From: Pelomyxa schiedti
Lineage: Eukaryota > Protista > Evosea
Assembly: GCA_020536535.1 (NCBI GenBank)
Contig: JAHLWZ010000796.1
Location: forward strand, 91,120-155,119
Direction of reading: 5' to 3'
DNA length: 64,000 bases
Shown here: piece by piece, positions 35,447 through 48,615 of the stretch
How the letters are laid out: every line of letters starts with the position of its first letter
Position numbering within the stretch: position 1 is the first letter of the stretch
Made by a program: the position numbers and the translations under genes
The notes under the pieces: model-generated
Told to the model about the DNA's origin: nothing
The model's input: the letters and a program-made list of their open reading frames with translations, nothing else
Databases searched by the model: none

Positions 35447-36817
35447 ATGTTACGTGGATTTCTTGTTCCTGAGCACGAGCCGAATGCAACTGTGGGCACA
35501 GAAGCTCCCAGACCCTCGCGCAGTTGCTTTGACGCGCGAGGTCAGTGTCTCGCTCTGGCAATGGCCCTGCACAGGCGGTGTGGAGCCAACAGCCCCGCCA
35601 GGCTCTTATCTGACGTGTCCAGCACTTTGATCAGGCTATTGTGGGACGACTGGATCGCAGGCACTGAGAAGAAGTTTCTGGTGAACGCGTGGGAGAAGAT
35701 GATCAGCCTCAAAGGCGACCGCCCCCTGCCGGCTAGGGCATTCTCGCTGGGAATATCGCGTCTGACTTGTGGGATTGTCACGCCGGTGGCTTCTGTCTTC
35801 TGCGACCCCGAGGTCAAGTGGCTTGACTGGAACATTCACGTGGCGAAAGAGGTGGACGACAAGTTGGTGCTTGGCGACTTCTCTGGGAAGACGCCAAAGG
35901 TCATTACTCTCTCTGACAGGAAGGCTGTGATTGAGCCGCGTTGCGTTTCAGTCAGTCCCCCCAACTTGGTTGCCTTTGCGGGGAAGGGTGCCACTGGCGG
36001 CCTCGCGGGAAGGAATGTGATTGGGATTGTGGATATCCTGGGAATTGGAATTCCGCATGATCTCGAAGGTGGTGAAGTGTTTCGCGGTAGTGTGGATCCA
36101 ACTGTGATTCCGGTTCCTAGTGAGGTCGAAAGGATTGACTTCCTCCCGGGTGACAAGTTATGTGTCACACTCGAGGAGGATACTCCCAAGCAATTTTTCC
36201 GCTTCCTGATGATGTCTACGCATGGAAGACTATGGGAGAAGATGCTTGCTGATGCAGTGGAAACAAGGGTCACTTTTGGTTCCGGTCTGACTTCAATTGA
36301 ATCGGTTCTTAGGATGAGGAAGAAAGGTGGAGAATATGTATTGATAGTGGGTGCTGAGCTCCATCTCGAGCCACAAATCCTTGAAATACCAGAAGGAAAG
36401 GAAGTCAAGCCCGGCGACATCAGGTGGCTTCGCACCAAAGGCAAGAGTGGCACCAATTTGTCACATATCAGTGACTCTCTGTTCTGTTGCTCTTCGCAAT
36501 TCAGTCACTTCTGTGAAATATGGGATATCAACAACACCTCCCAACCACTCAAGGTAGTTGACTTGCACTCCTCCCACGATTGGTCTCCCTTTGCCGCCAT
36601 GGACCACGCCAAGTGTGCAGTTGCTGGTAATTCTGGGCTTATCTTCCACTTTGTGAACGAGGAGCTGAATATCATTGATCCCAGCTCCGGACTGACTGTT
36701 TTCAGAGAGAGCATCCCAAGGTGCTTCCCATCACAATCCTTTTTTGCTCACATTAAACAATGCAGGAGGTTCCCCCCCGGACATTCAAAATTGAATGTGT
36801 GGGCACCAATAACCTAA
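35447..36817 (+). CDS. Intronless lineage-expanded family protein with N-terminal 'ALAMALHRRCGANSPARLL' motif and probable beta-rich body
   Basis: 456-aa ORF with motif FDARGQCLALAMALHRRCGANSPARLL...LLWDDWI and a WD-like end (FCEIWDINN). Confidence 0.7.
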   Translation: MLRGFLVPEHEPNATVGTEAPRPSRSCFDARGQCLALAMALHRRCGANSPARLLSDVSSTLIRLLWDDWIAGTEKKFLVNAWEKMISLKGDRPLPARAFSLGISRLTCGIVTPVASVFCDPEVKWLDWNIHVAKEVDDKLVLGDFSGKTPKVITLSDRKAVIEPRCVSVSPPNLVAFAGKGATGGLAGRNVIGIVDILGIGIPHDLEGGEVFRGSVDPTVIPVPSEVERIDFLPGDKLCVTLEEDTPKQFFRFLMMSTHGRLWEKMLADAVETRVTFGSGLTSIESVLRMRKKGGEYVLIVGAELHLEPQILEIPEGKEVKPGDIRWLRTKGKSGTNLSHISDSLFCCSSQFSHFCEIWDINNTSQPLKVVDLHSSHDWSPFAAMDHAKCAVAGNSGLIFHFVNEELNIIDPSSGLTVFRESIPRCFPSQSFFAHIKQCRRFPPGHSKLNVWAPIT

Positions 36818-36881
36818 TCCATTCAACCTCTGCACTGTACTGCTTACTTCTTTTTGTGATTGAATCCATCTCAACCAAAAT

Positions 36882-38180
36882 TTATGGCTCATGTTTTTTT
36901 TTCTTTGGGGGAACAAACACAGTCACGTTTGCCAAACGGACTCCAGAAACACCATCCGCCAGGACAAGCACCCTATGTCTTGGTTTCGAGTTTCTTTTTT
37001 TGGGGTCTCTTTCTGGATTCCACACCTTCCATACAGCAACTCCAGCAGTATGTGAGACCTTCACCAGTTGGGTTTCAGGAAAATTGTGGCATCCACAGGG
37101 AGTGGTCAGGTCTCCAATTCCAAACACCTCCATTCTGCCCATTGCTCTCATCACACCAACGTGACCTTTGTCAACTGCATGAACATCCCCTTGAAGGCTG
37201 TGCTGTACCCGTGTGGCAGTATTGTAAACACCACGGGGTAGAACTGAGTACGCTGGTTCTGACGGTATCAGGCCGCTTGGGTAAAGTTCCTCTGGCATAC
37301 TCACCACTTTTGACACAACCAAATTTCTTTGACTAAAGCTTGAAGCCAAGTCGATGTACTGCAGGGAACGTTCCATACGACCGAATGACTGGTAAGTATA
37401 ATGATCACGAATCAGAATGGAGTCATTGTCTCCACAGAAAGCTGTAGCGCTCCCCTCATAATGGTGATCAATTTGGACAGGTGGTAATAGAGGCACACCA
37501 TCAGCAACTTGCCAGAGAAACAGCGTGGTGCCCTCGTCCACCACCACCCAATGCAAGTTGCAAACAACATGGTACAGAAAGCGATCCATGCCGGAGAGGC
37601 GCAAAACGCCGATCACTTGCCCAGCTCCGCTGACAACAGAGGCAGAGGTAGACGCGGGGGTTCTGAGTCCTCTGTCTTGGTGGTGCGTCAGGATGAACCT
37701 ATCCTTCCCGATGCACCCGTTGATTTCGACGAGCAAGGTGTCCACGTTGGTCCACATCCCAGAGCGAACCACGCCCAGCGTGTGCGACAAGGACAGGAAG
37801 ACGTGGAGCCTGGGCCGTGGCAGGTTGAAGTCTTCTGGGGACGGCATAGCATTTGGCAGGGTCAGTCCCACGTCCCTGCACCCACACACAACCCACGACT
37901 TGCCGAACTCGGCGACCAGCGAGGAGCAGCCACACAGCAGCCCAACCGCGCTTCTGTGCCTGTAACAAGTGGACGAACGGTCGCTAAAACCGCTGTAGCA
38001 TCTGGGAATGAGGGCGCCGCAGGCAAACGCGACGAACTGGGCGATGGCCGAAAGGACATGCTCTAGTCTCGGTGGTGACGGTCTGATTGGCGGAAACGAC
38101 TGCGGAGTTGTTATTCGCGGCCTCTTTGGTGGCGTAGGTTGTTGGCACTCAGTCTCCGGTGCTGTGTTATTCTTGCTCAT
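36882..38180 (-). CDS. Intronless divergent member of the same family
   Basis: 432-aa ORF with AIAQFVAFACGALIPRC...SAVGLL...FGKSWV and FLSLSHTLGVV, paralleling FSLGISRLTCGIV in the 35447 gene. Confidence 0.68.
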   Translation of the reverse strand: MSKNNTAPETECQQPTPPKRPRITTPQSFPPIRPSPPRLEHVLSAIAQFVAFACGALIPRCYSGFSDRSSTCYRHRSAVGLLCGCSSLVAEFGKSWVVCGCRDVGLTLPNAMPSPEDFNLPRPRLHVFLSLSHTLGVVRSGMWTNVDTLLVEINGCIGKDRFILTHHQDRGLRTPASTSASVVSGAGQVIGVLRLSGMDRFLYHVVCNLHWVVVDEGTTLFLWQVADGVPLLPPVQIDHHYEGSATAFCGDNDSILIRDHYTYQSFGRMERSLQYIDLASSFSQRNLVVSKVVSMPEELYPSGLIPSEPAYSVLPRGVYNTATRVQHSLQGDVHAVDKGHVGVMRAMGRMEVFGIGDLTTPCGCHNFPETQLVKVSHTAGVAVWKVWNPERDPKKRNSKPRHRVLVLADGVSGVRLANVTVFVPPKKKKHEP

Positions 38181-38537
38181 CCTGACTTCTTCGCCGAATG
38201 TCTACGAAGAAATGCTGGGACTCACACTTTTTGGCATCAACGGGGCAGAAAAGGTCCTGGTTCTCTGTACCCTGTGAAGGGAAAATTCTGAAATGTCTGG
38301 ACCACATCGGGACCAGACACGTTCTACCGTTTCGTGGTCTTTCCAGCGTCTGAGGAGCATCACATGGCAAGATCCAAAGACCCAAAAAATTAAAAGTGTG
38401 AGTCCCAAATGCTGATGACAGCAGGGGGTTCCAAGTGAGACTTGTTCGGTCTCACTGGTACAACAGATTTTTTTGGCATCCCTTAAAAGCTGCCTCGCAA
38501 AAAAAAAAAAAAAAAACATCAACCACAAAAAAGAATC

Positions 38538-39277
38538 ATGGGCAAGTCGTTTGTACTTTGTTTTGCAGTCTGCTGCCTGGGAGCCCTCGTTTTCGGTGCG
38601 CCGTCTGACACGGACCGCGCCCTTATCATCTACTTCTCACAGAGCGGTGTAACCGAGAAGGTTGCCCAGTCGCTTTCCGAAACGTGGCCACTGCCCGTAG
38701 ACACTGCACGCATCGTTCCCGATGAGGGCAATGGCGCAATGGTCACACTCAAGCTGAGCTGGAGGTCAGTTTGGCGGTCCACTGGCACTCCCACAAGCAC
38801 GGTTCCTGATGTGGACTTGTCCAAGGCAAACTTCTTATTGTCTTTTTATTTTTGTGCTATTACAATATATCATCTAAAAAAAATTAAGTAGTAATTCAGT
38901 AGAATGAAGCACACTTCTTTTTTTTTTAAAAAAAAAACAATTTTTCGCAGTACTCCACTGTCATAATTGGGGGACCAGTCTGGTTCTGGACACTCCCGGC
39001 ACCAGTTCGAGGATGGGTCCACAACAACGCCGAACAACTCAAGAAGATACCTCACCTTTACTACTTCTGCACCATGAATGGAGCAGGTGACAGCAAGTTC
39101 TTTGCCGCTATGCAGGACGAATTGCTGCCCATGCCCGAAGGAGTGAAAGGAATCACGGTTCTTGCTGGAAAGCTAGCAGAGTTCAACCCCAGTGCTGCCC
39201 TTTTGGAAGCTGGTTGGACAACACCCAAAAATATCGTCACAGAAACTGAGCCGGGTTTCTTTACCCAAGAACTCTAA
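38538..39277 (+). CDS. Flavodoxin-like protein with signal peptide and C-terminal QEL
   Basis: MGKSFVLCFAVCCLGALVFG signal. FMN loop LIIYFSQSGVTEKVA. After the intron at ~38825-38950: YSTVIIGGPVWFWTLPAPVRGW...YYFCTMNGAG, ending FFTQEL*. Confidence 0.82.
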
Positions 39278-39441
39278 AACCTGTGTTTTTACCTTTCCCT
39301 TGGGTGCTTTGCTTAGGCTGCAGGAAGTCTTGTGATTATTGCGTGCGACAGAGCCCTTTTTGGAGGCCGTTGGTTAGCGTAAACCATAATTAATCAAATC
39401 AACTAAAATCAACCAAACTCGGTTGATTTGAAAAAAAAAAA

Positions 39442-42400
39442 ATGCTCCTACGTCGGAGCGCCAGCCTGAAGAACTCCCCGCCCACAAGGAAAAAAAAGCC
39501 ATCATCTTCAGTTTCGACTTGCGTCGTGTCCACCACCACCACATCGCCATCCCCAGTATCCTCTTCGTCTTCAACAGGTACCGAAGACGCCGTAGTGACC
39601 AATGTTTCCCCCGCGCCCCCGCCTCCTCCTCCTCCTACGGCATTAGAGACAGCAAGCAGCACCAGCAGGAGCGAGAGCGCGGCGCCCGCGTCGTCGAGCG
39701 GCGGGGGCAGCGGCAGCCCGGGGGGGACGTGCTGGGTGTCGTCGAAGGGGCACCGGCCCAGGACGCGGTCGACGTCGATGCCGCTGGCGCAGGCAAACAG
39801 CCTGCTGGCGCGGTCGTGGCCCAGCGGCACCAACGCCCAGCCCGGCGCCTCCGGGGCCCAGGACTCGGCCGCCGCAGGCGCCGGCACCAACGCCACAACC
39901 AGCGGCAGCAGCACCCCCGCGGCCCACGGGGCTGGGAAGGACGGGGGACCGAGCGGCGGGGAGGAGAGCGAGGAAGGAGATTGGGACGAGTCGGGCCTGG
40001 AGGGCGAGGGGGAGGGGGGAGAAGAGGAGGAGGAGGGGAGTGAGGGCGAGGGACTGGGGTTCGTTAATGACGTGGGGGAGGACCGCAGTGTGTTGCACTC
40101 TATTGATGTCACAACTTTCGATGAAGTTCCGGGCACCGCAACTGTGAATTCAACTTCTACTTCTACTGCAAATGCAAATGCAACTGCAGCTGCCAGTGGG
40201 GTGAAAACGGGAGGAGAATCCAAGGGAGACCTGGAAAATATAGATAGGAAGGAGAGGGGGATGGAGGGAGAGGGAAGCGGCGCTATGGCGCCACAGGATA
40301 TTTCCGAGAAAACGAGACCATGTTCTGAAAAGGAATGCCTGTCTTTACCTGGTAGGATGGCGCCATTACCTCCAGCTTCTGTTTCCACCACGCTGGGACC
40401 AAATCACCCGGCTCCTTTGCCTCCATCAACCTCTTTGGGAGATACCCAGAGTCCCACAACAGCTGCACCGTTATCCCCACCATCCACGGCACCTTCTGGG
40501 TCTTCACTAAACACGTCATCACTGCAGGTAAGTTTTACGCCTTCAGAACAAGGAGCGACTAGCGAAGCGTCTCCTGCAGCACCAAGATTATCCAAATTTG
40601 ACTTGAGGTTGGCCCATGACACTATTTTTTTTACATAACGATGTCTTTTTCAAGAATTGCGATGTTCAAAGAGGTCATTGCAGCCCCAACTTGTGATTTA
40701 TCCCAATTACGTTCACTGGCCTTTTCAGGTCCTCATCTTATTTTGTCTACTGATCGTTTCCTTACACCTTGTCAGGAGTACCGGATAGTGTTCCTGGACT
40801 GAGGCCAACCTATTGGAAGGTGTGTGATTTTTCTCCTCATATCCAACAGTTACTCTTTGCAGATACTGTTGAAGTACCTTCCCTTAAAAGCTTCAGAAAG
40901 AGAAGAAACCGTTCATTCATGCCGAACTCAGTATTGGGAATATTTCCATGAATTAATTGTCCACCCGAATACAGCACTTGAATCAGTATGACACCTCGGC
41001 ATTATTCCTCTCTTATTATGTTAAGATACAAAGAAATAAAAGACACCCAGTACGAGTTCCACAGAAAATGACGGTAAATTTCATTATATTACCGATTTTG
41101 GATTGATAAATGAAGGAATCTCCAGTGTTCGAAGGGGGACTGAAGCATCTCACAGATGGACCTGAAGTGCTTCTCCATGTTTATGTTTGTAAAACTCATA
41201 TAATTCACAGCCAAGCCCCACGACTCAAAGCACATGGAATAAACTTTTCATTAACAATGAAACCTGGGAGCAAATTGATAAAGATGTGAAAAGAACTCTT
41301 CCAGACATGAATTTTTTCGACAATGTTCCTATTCATAGCTTGCACTCCAAATTTATGCAGATCTAGGTAGAACAGCATGAATCTCTGCAACACATACTCT
41401 TCATTTATTCAAAATTGAATGCAAGGCTTTCATATGTACAAGGTTTCCTTCCATACATTTGTTGTCTTTACCGAAATCTTATAGGAATGAATGAAATTGC
41501 TGGACGAATTTATTATGTTTTTGCAAGTGATCGTGACCCAGAAACACGAGGTAATTCACAAAACACACATATATCTTCTGTGTCACAATCCTCCAGCAAA
41601 TGCTGAAGCAGATACATTCTTCTGCTTTTTAAATCTCATGTCTGAAATTATGGACCTCTTCCTAAAAACTGTGGATGGTGAGGGCACAGGTGTCGATGAC
41701 TCCCTGACCAAACTCGATGATATGTTACACTCAAGAGATCCAAAACTGTGGAGGGATTTGCAAGATAAGGGAATCGATCCACACTTCTATGCCTTCAGGT
41801 AGTTAACTTTCAGGAGATTGATGATTCACGTTTGACAAACATTAGATGGATGACCCTCTTGCTATGTCAAGAGTTCGAGCTTCCTGAAGTATTACGCTTG
41901 TGGGATTCTTTTTTTGCCGATGAAGGGCGATTCTCCTTTGTAATATATTTTTGCTGTGCAATGTTAATGTACCTCCACCGAACCTATTTCCTCTTTCTTA
42001 TTCTGACAAGATCTCTACGAGACAAATTGCTTTCAGAGCCTTTTGCAGAAAATTTGCAGATGTTACAGGTTTTAATCTTTGTTATTTTTTTCTGTTGCTT
42101 TTCCTTTCATTTGGATGAGGAAGATGTTACCATAGCGTTTTCACGAATGTCAGTTTAGAACTATCCCTCAACGGGCTTAGACAAGCTTTTCGCACTTGCA
42201 GTGTCATTACGTGACACCCCGATAACTTTTTCCACCTGTGAGTACGAGGACACAGAAGTGGATGATCAGCCAGTTGTTAATTGAACCAATGTATTAAATA
42301 TGTGACCACCACACAGAGCAAAAAGAGCAAGAAACCGAAGCACCGGGCAAAATCCAAATCAGAAGATGCAACAACCTTGGCTTCTTCCGGAACAGGAAGT

Positions 42401-42756
42401 CCTCTCCCATCCACAGCCACACCCCCTCAAAAGGCAAAAAATCGAATCAAAAAAACACTGGCCAACATTCACCACAAAACGAGTCACCAGAGCAATTCTA
42501 CTTCAACTCCAATAAGTTCAACTACTACATCAGCTGCCACTTCTGACTCAACAACATCACCCACACACAAGCACGATTCCATTGATGAATCTGACTTCAC
42601 TAGTGGCAGTTCAGAGAAATGTGGTATAGAAATCCTTTCTTTGATTTTAACTCACAGCACAAAGAGTGTGTTGATAATTCCAGAGGTGCAAAAACAACGT
42701 GGTGCAGTGGTGCACGTCCAAGCACAGAGCATGAGAATAAAAAGAGCTTCTTGTAA
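39442..42756 (+). CDS. TBC-domain Rab GTPase-activating protein, TBC1D13-like, with long low-complexity N-terminus (3' end approximate)
   Basis: GVPDSVPGLRPTYWK, EQIDKDVKRTLPD (Arg finger), YVQGMNEI, AEADTFFCF, and GIDPHFYAFRWMTLLLCQEFELPEVLRLWDSFFAD. Confidence 0.9.
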
Positions 42757-42836
42757 CTGGGTGTATCTTTGTATTTTTTTAGCTTTTGTTTTTTGAATTT
42801 AAAGAATTTGTTTTGAGAACAAAAACCTTCTTTTTC

Positions 42837-44107
42837 TCAAGATAACTGCCGTGCAACAAAGGTTGGCAAGCAAAATGAGGCTTTGTGTAGTGCTGGATTG
42901 TAGTAGTTCAGCTGAGCCTGTTCTTGTAGAGTTGGCTCACGCACAGGTTTATCACACAGAGGACCGGTACCTGATGAGTTTAGATGTTGACAATTGACAA
43001 GGCAACATACTGCAAAGCAAGAAACCGATTGTTCCTGAGGGGTATGTCGGGATGGAAATTGTTGCATACCACACATGATCAAACCCTACGTCAGGGTGCT
43101 TGCACATGTCATAAAGAGCCTTGATCAGCTTTGTGTGCAACCACATACTCTTTTTTTGTATTTTCAGTTGGTTTACTGTAGACAGATTACTGGTACAAGT
43201 TACCTCTGCTTGGCTACAGACAATGCCTCCTGGCTTCAATGCCCGTTTGAGGTTGGTGTAGTACTCTTTTTCATAAAGAACCTCTGCAGGACCTGTGATG
43301 AAAAAATGAGAACTGTAATTTTTCTGGATTCACAAGTACCTACGGGATCAGACGAGTCGGTAATGATAATGTCAAACTGGCCAGGGTGTTCGGCAACAAA
43401 TTTGGCCCCATCTTCAAAGACAAGGGTGACTCTGGGATCCCTCACACCACATGCGATTTTTGGGAAGAATTTCTCTGATACTTCTGTGACTTTCTGCAGA
43501 AACCATCAAAAAAATAACTCGGGTTTGAAAAAGCACTAACCCTGTCAATATCACATATGGTTATTGAAGTTATAGAACTGTGCTTGAGTAGTTCTCTGGT
43601 AACACCCCCATCACCACCACCAACAATCAACACTGTCTGTGGGTTTGGATGAGAGAAGGCTGGTATATGTGCCATCATCCTTTGTTTTTGTTTGTGTTTT
43701 TGTTAAAACACACATACGTGTATATAACATAAAGTTACAGCTCATCTCCATCAACAATAGTAACAACAACACATACTCGTGGTAGGCGAGCTCATCCAAG
43801 TCAGTGAACTGAATGACACCATCCAACGTAAGCACGCGGCCAAATGCGCTCTGAGAGTCGAACACACACAGGTCCTGGTACTCCGACCTCTCGCTGTGTA
43901 ACACACTCCCCACCTTCAACGACTGCGCGAGCCCTGCGCGTGTGTGTGTGTCGTGTGAATTTACGTATGATTTTTTTTTTTTGTTTGTTTTGTTTTGGTT
44001 TTTCCAAACACACCAGGCCACATCTGAGGACTGAGTTCATTGAACCACCCATCTGGGCGTATACCCACAGGCAGCGCCCCACTGCAACCAGGCACCGTCG
44101 ACGCCAT
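42837..44107 (-). CDS. SRM: Spermidine synthase (aminopropyltransferase)
   Basis: [20 protein letters not shown]...[14 protein letters not shown]...[44 protein letters not shown] and [11 protein letters not shown]. Confidence 0.95.
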
Positions 44108-44298
44108 TGTAAATCAATTGATCAAATTAGGAGGGATATTGGCCTGGTGGCACGAAGGAGCACCTGGTCCATTTCGAGCTTTCAACTGGGCGCCTTGTGC
44201 TCGTGACCAGTGTATGTGGTGTGCTGGGCACCAGTGGGCACATCTCAAGGTTTCTTAATTGGGCAAAGAACCGGGTTTTAATTTACCGGTGAGTTACG

Positions 44299-45681
44299 AT
44301 GAACAGATACTACACACCCCCACGGGCTCCGGCGAATGTAAGAAAGGCACAACCACGAGCACGGCTTCTAGTGCAACCGTCGTGTGTACTGCGCGCCAAT
44401 CAACGCCCGTCGACTGATGTCAAGTCTGACACCTGGTGGGCAAAGTTGTGCAACGTGCGTAATTCCAATGCATTGGCTGCACGCCATGTACTTTGTTGCG
44501 GCGCAGTTTAAACTAATTTCTACCTTCCTTTTGTTCTTTTTTTTTTTTTTTTTTTTTTTTTGCTGCACCACAGGAGTCACCACGTACAGCGTATGGAGAA
44601 CAACAGAGAATGTGGAAAATACGAGCATTAGTGGTTGGGGTGCCTGAGTTGAGGGAAGGGCTGGACAATGCTTGCCAAATTCTGCATAAATCCTACGTAC
44701 CCACACCAGCACCTAAAATAGCAAAAGGAAATGCACCAGCGACCCCCAATTCCGCAGGGGTAGTACTTTTCCTTACGAATTTGAGGACGGGTCTCGAACA
44801 GTTTTCGACGGAGGTAGGTCAGCTTGCTTCTTCCCTTCCTTTCTTTCATGCGAGTAATTACATACTATGTCTTTTAAGTCTCTTGTGTCGTCCTTACTTT
44901 AACCAACATGACATAGGTTGAACTACTGGGAAAAGTTGTCTATCTCCACAAAAACACCAATAGGCTCTATCCCTGGTTTATGTACACACGGAATTTATTG
45001 CGAGTCGCTGGCCTTATGCCGCCCGTATCGAAGATTGCACTCGGTGTCATGAAAAATGTGTTACCCAACTGCGCGGGAACTCTTCGCGGAGACAACCCCA
45101 GACTACCGTTGATACTAGGCGCACTTCACGCAATCAATATAGCATATTCGACAACAACATTCTTCACATGCACGTGCTACTCTGTGGTCGAAGTCATGAG
45201 CCGACAGTCTTCGCCAACGACCGGATGGACTTCTGTTGCCTTGTGTGCGGTGGCGCGTTTGCATGCATTGGCTGAGTCTGCAACGGCAGCTTTGGCCCGT
45301 GCTTGGCACTTCATTATGGGAGCCTTGAGGTCTTCATGCCTAGGGCAACGCACACCTGCGTTTATGCGAAAATTGCCTCTGACACTGAATCCTTCTGTGT
45401 TTGATTGGCAAGGTACTGAGTATGTCACCTCCCGTCTTGTAACTTATAGTTTGTTTCACCCAGTGGCGATTGACCAACGGCTTTTGCGTTTCTCGATAAT
45501 CTTTACGCACAAACTACTACAGAGAATACAAAAGGAGGGCACCATTTCTTCACCCCACACACAATTGGCGGGTAAAAAGCGTGCAAAACACCAATCCTCT
45601 ATCAACGATCAACAAGGAAATACCAAACAAAAAGTAAAAAAACCTAAGATCGGCACTCAACAAAATGCTTCTAAAAGTTGA
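44299..45681 (+). CDS. Hypothetical protein (multi-exon, no recognised domain)
   Basis: Successive plus-strand ORFs (44299-44511, 44610-44921, 44980-45681) separated by GT-AG segments, with a basic C-terminus. Confidence 0.5.
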
Positions 45682-45717
45682 GCAACCCAACATTTTTTTT
45701 TAAAGTCCTGTGTGACA

Positions 45718-47410
45718 TCACAACGTGATTGTCTTGGAGAGTGTGACAAATACAACGCCAACAGAAGTAACACAGAAAGCGCAAATGAGAAGGATGATGT
45801 GCAGTTTGTGAGTGATCTCCTTGAACACCAGAATCCCCCACACAGAAGCAATTATGGGCGGAACTGTGGCGGAAATTGGGTAGGTAACAACCAGCATGAG
45901 GCTTGCGTTGGCAACAAACATGCAGACTTCAGAGAGCCCAAAAATCTGCAATAAAGTCAATATGAACTGTTAGGTTTATGTGGGTATTTGTTGTGGCGTG
46001 GAAAGGAATAATACTTACACAACCAGATATCACACCTAAACAAAAAAGTTGTAAGAAAAACGGAGATGTGTGCGGAATTGTGAACCTGGAAGAATGGCAT
46101 CTCCAAACACGTTAGGGCGATTTCTCTTTACAATACAATAAATTACCAAATACAGAGTGCTTGTTATATGTATACCCGTGAAGTGGCTAAACACATAATC
46201 AATGCCGGAGGTGCTGTGTTCTCCATTGTTGTTGTGGTCGATGAGATACTGTGTTGGAAGAAAATTGAAACCGTAGAGAATTCCACTGGTAATTGCCAGA
46301 CCGACTCCAAGTATCCTCTAATAGTCCCAGTGAGATTGTTATAGATATAATAGTTCGGATCTGGGAAAAAAATATCAAACCTTTTGAAGAGGTGTCAGTC
46401 TGTAAAGTAGTAGTCTCGGTGGAGGAGTTGGCTCCTTCACATCAAGTTGGTTTGGGGGGGTTTCAAAACCCTTCTCTGCCAAGAGTTGATTGTATTCTGG
46501 GTGCGGGTTGAGGCAAATTCTGGGGTAAATGGAACGAGTTACCGTCACCGGGAGAATGTGGAGAAGTGGGTTGCGATTTTACAGCAGAAAAAAGTACAAT
46601 CGCACATACAGTGAGAGCAGCTCCAATATAGTTGAATGCTGGTGTACTGACTTAAAGAGAGTTAGCACAACAGGGTTGTGTCGATGAAAAGCTACCTTCT
46701 TGTTTCTCAATAACAATCCCAAAGGTTCCACTTGACCAGCCGATTAAAAAGCCTGTCTGCCCCCTTAAGTTCAAATAGAGAGAGGAAGTATACCACTGCC
46801 CAAATGCACATTCCCAGTGCAAGTCCCACCAACTTAATTATTGGTACTGCTAGAACATTCCCTGTGCACCACAAGAAACCTCCAAGCATGGAGAGTGGCT
46901 CAAATTTCGGAAACCCAGCAATGCAATTCGCAACAAAACCACAACACCAAATAGCGGTGCACATGATGAACTGATAGAATAGCCTAGTGGTTCCACTTAG
47001 TCCAGCAAACAAATAAAACAAAAAAGGAAACGAGAAATGCCAAACCCATCTCCTGTTTGGAATTTCTTCACAGGAACTATCCAAAAGAAAAAAAAAAAAA
47101 AAAACAGGATAATTAGAACACTGCCAAACTGGTGCCATAATATTACGCCCCAACCATTTACAATAGACACGCATAACCACACAGACGCTGTAATTTACGC
47201 AAGCTCGACACAACAACTGTGCACAGAAAGCTACTACGCACCCAAGAACGATCCAAATCCACACACAGCAACCGTCAGAGTCACACACCCAACCACTGCC
47301 TCAATCCCCCCAACCCCATCACCACTGCTAAATGACGACGTAGACTCGGAGGACAGTGACTGCGAGAGCGAGTAGTTTGCCAAGCTCGTGACTGTGCTCT
47401 CACCACTCAT
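45718..47410 (-). CDS. TMEM144: TMEM144-like drug/metabolite transporter (DMT) superfamily protein
   Basis: VPVKKFQTGDG, FYQFIMCTAIW, PLSMLGGFLWCTGNVLAVPIIKLVGLALG and ASIVWGILVFKEI-like motif (ASVWGILVFKEI). Multiple TM helices. Confidence 0.85.
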
Positions 47411-47563
47411 CACCCCAACACCAGAATTATCTTCGGGCAGGCTTGCGTAATATTACGGTGCTAGCACACGCCGCGAATTATGAAGAAAAGACAAGTTTTG
47501 GTCCAGATTGCTGGCTAGTACTGGTTGTATTTCCCCATAATTATGAGGAATGATTTCTGAGTG

Positions 47564-48324
47564 TCAGTGTTTGTCGACAAAGTTTTCTAGTTTTGTGCAA
47601 CCTTGTTGAACAGTTTCAGCAAATTTCTGGAATAAGGGTTAGATAGAAAGTAGATGTAATGTCGGAACCTTAAGGGGGTTGGAGGTAACAATAATCTCAT
47701 TCCTGGTATGAACTACCTTAGCTTTTAAGGTACCCTAGAGTTTGTTAGAGTGCTACGATGATTACTAACATGAAAAACCTTTCTTGAGGCAGCATGTATT
47801 CCCACAAGTATGCAACCAAAGGTAACGTATCCAACAAAAGACAATCCTGATGTCGCATAGAGAAATACAAGGGAAACCTTAGTGACTTAGCTAAACTTAT
47901 CTCCAAAGAACGAAGGATACCACTGACAAAACATAGACTACTTGTGGCTTGGTGTAGCTTTTTCCTGCAATTTCCAAAGTAGCAGTCTTTTGCTCAAGAA
48001 TATAAGAGAAGGAAAAAACCCACACTCCAATTGGGAGGAGTGACGCAGGATGCAAGAACCTAACAGTTAGTGAGCACAATTTCGCCATGCTGGAATAACA
48101 TAACATGTTAAAAACACAACAGAAGAATAGTATAGCAATGTAATTGACTTGGTAGTAGTCCAGGTTCCTCTTTTGTTGTGTCAAACAAAGACCAAAAAAA
48201 AATAAAAAAAAACTCAACGCACAAGAACTCTCTCAACGATGTCCGTCGATTTCATTGGGGACTCGAAGGCTTGCATGTCATAAAAGTCTTTCCATGGCCT
48301 CAAGCTACACCACCACGCCCTCAT
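47564..48324 (-). CDS. PRA1 (prenylated Rab acceptor) family membrane protein
   Basis: LRPWKDFY...ERVLRNLDYYQVNYIAIL and ILVGIHAASRK match the PRA1 signatures NL.YYQ.NY and HA..R. Confidence 0.82.
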
Positions 48325-48615
48325 GTCTTCTTTTTTTTTTTATTTCTACCAAGTTGTTTTGAAGTACTTCAAACAACTATCTGTGATCCCTACTCCACCG
48401 AGAGTGCCTGAGAACTTATCTATCTATCGATATTGTTCTGCTTACCCCCGGAGGGGAGGGGACTTAGATCACACTGACAAAGGAGTCATAAGAGGATCAA
48501 AAATTTTATTGTGGAGGGCGGTTGGACCGTTAACACTAAGTGGAAGGAAAAAAACAAAATCACTGTGCTTATCACAATAAGTGCAGCGGAACATAATACT
48601 TATTACCTTGTGAAC

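Noticed and set aside
39399-40391. 330-aa minus-strand ORF
   Set aside because: Antisense shadow of the GC-rich, low-complexity first exon of the TBC gene; no domain content.
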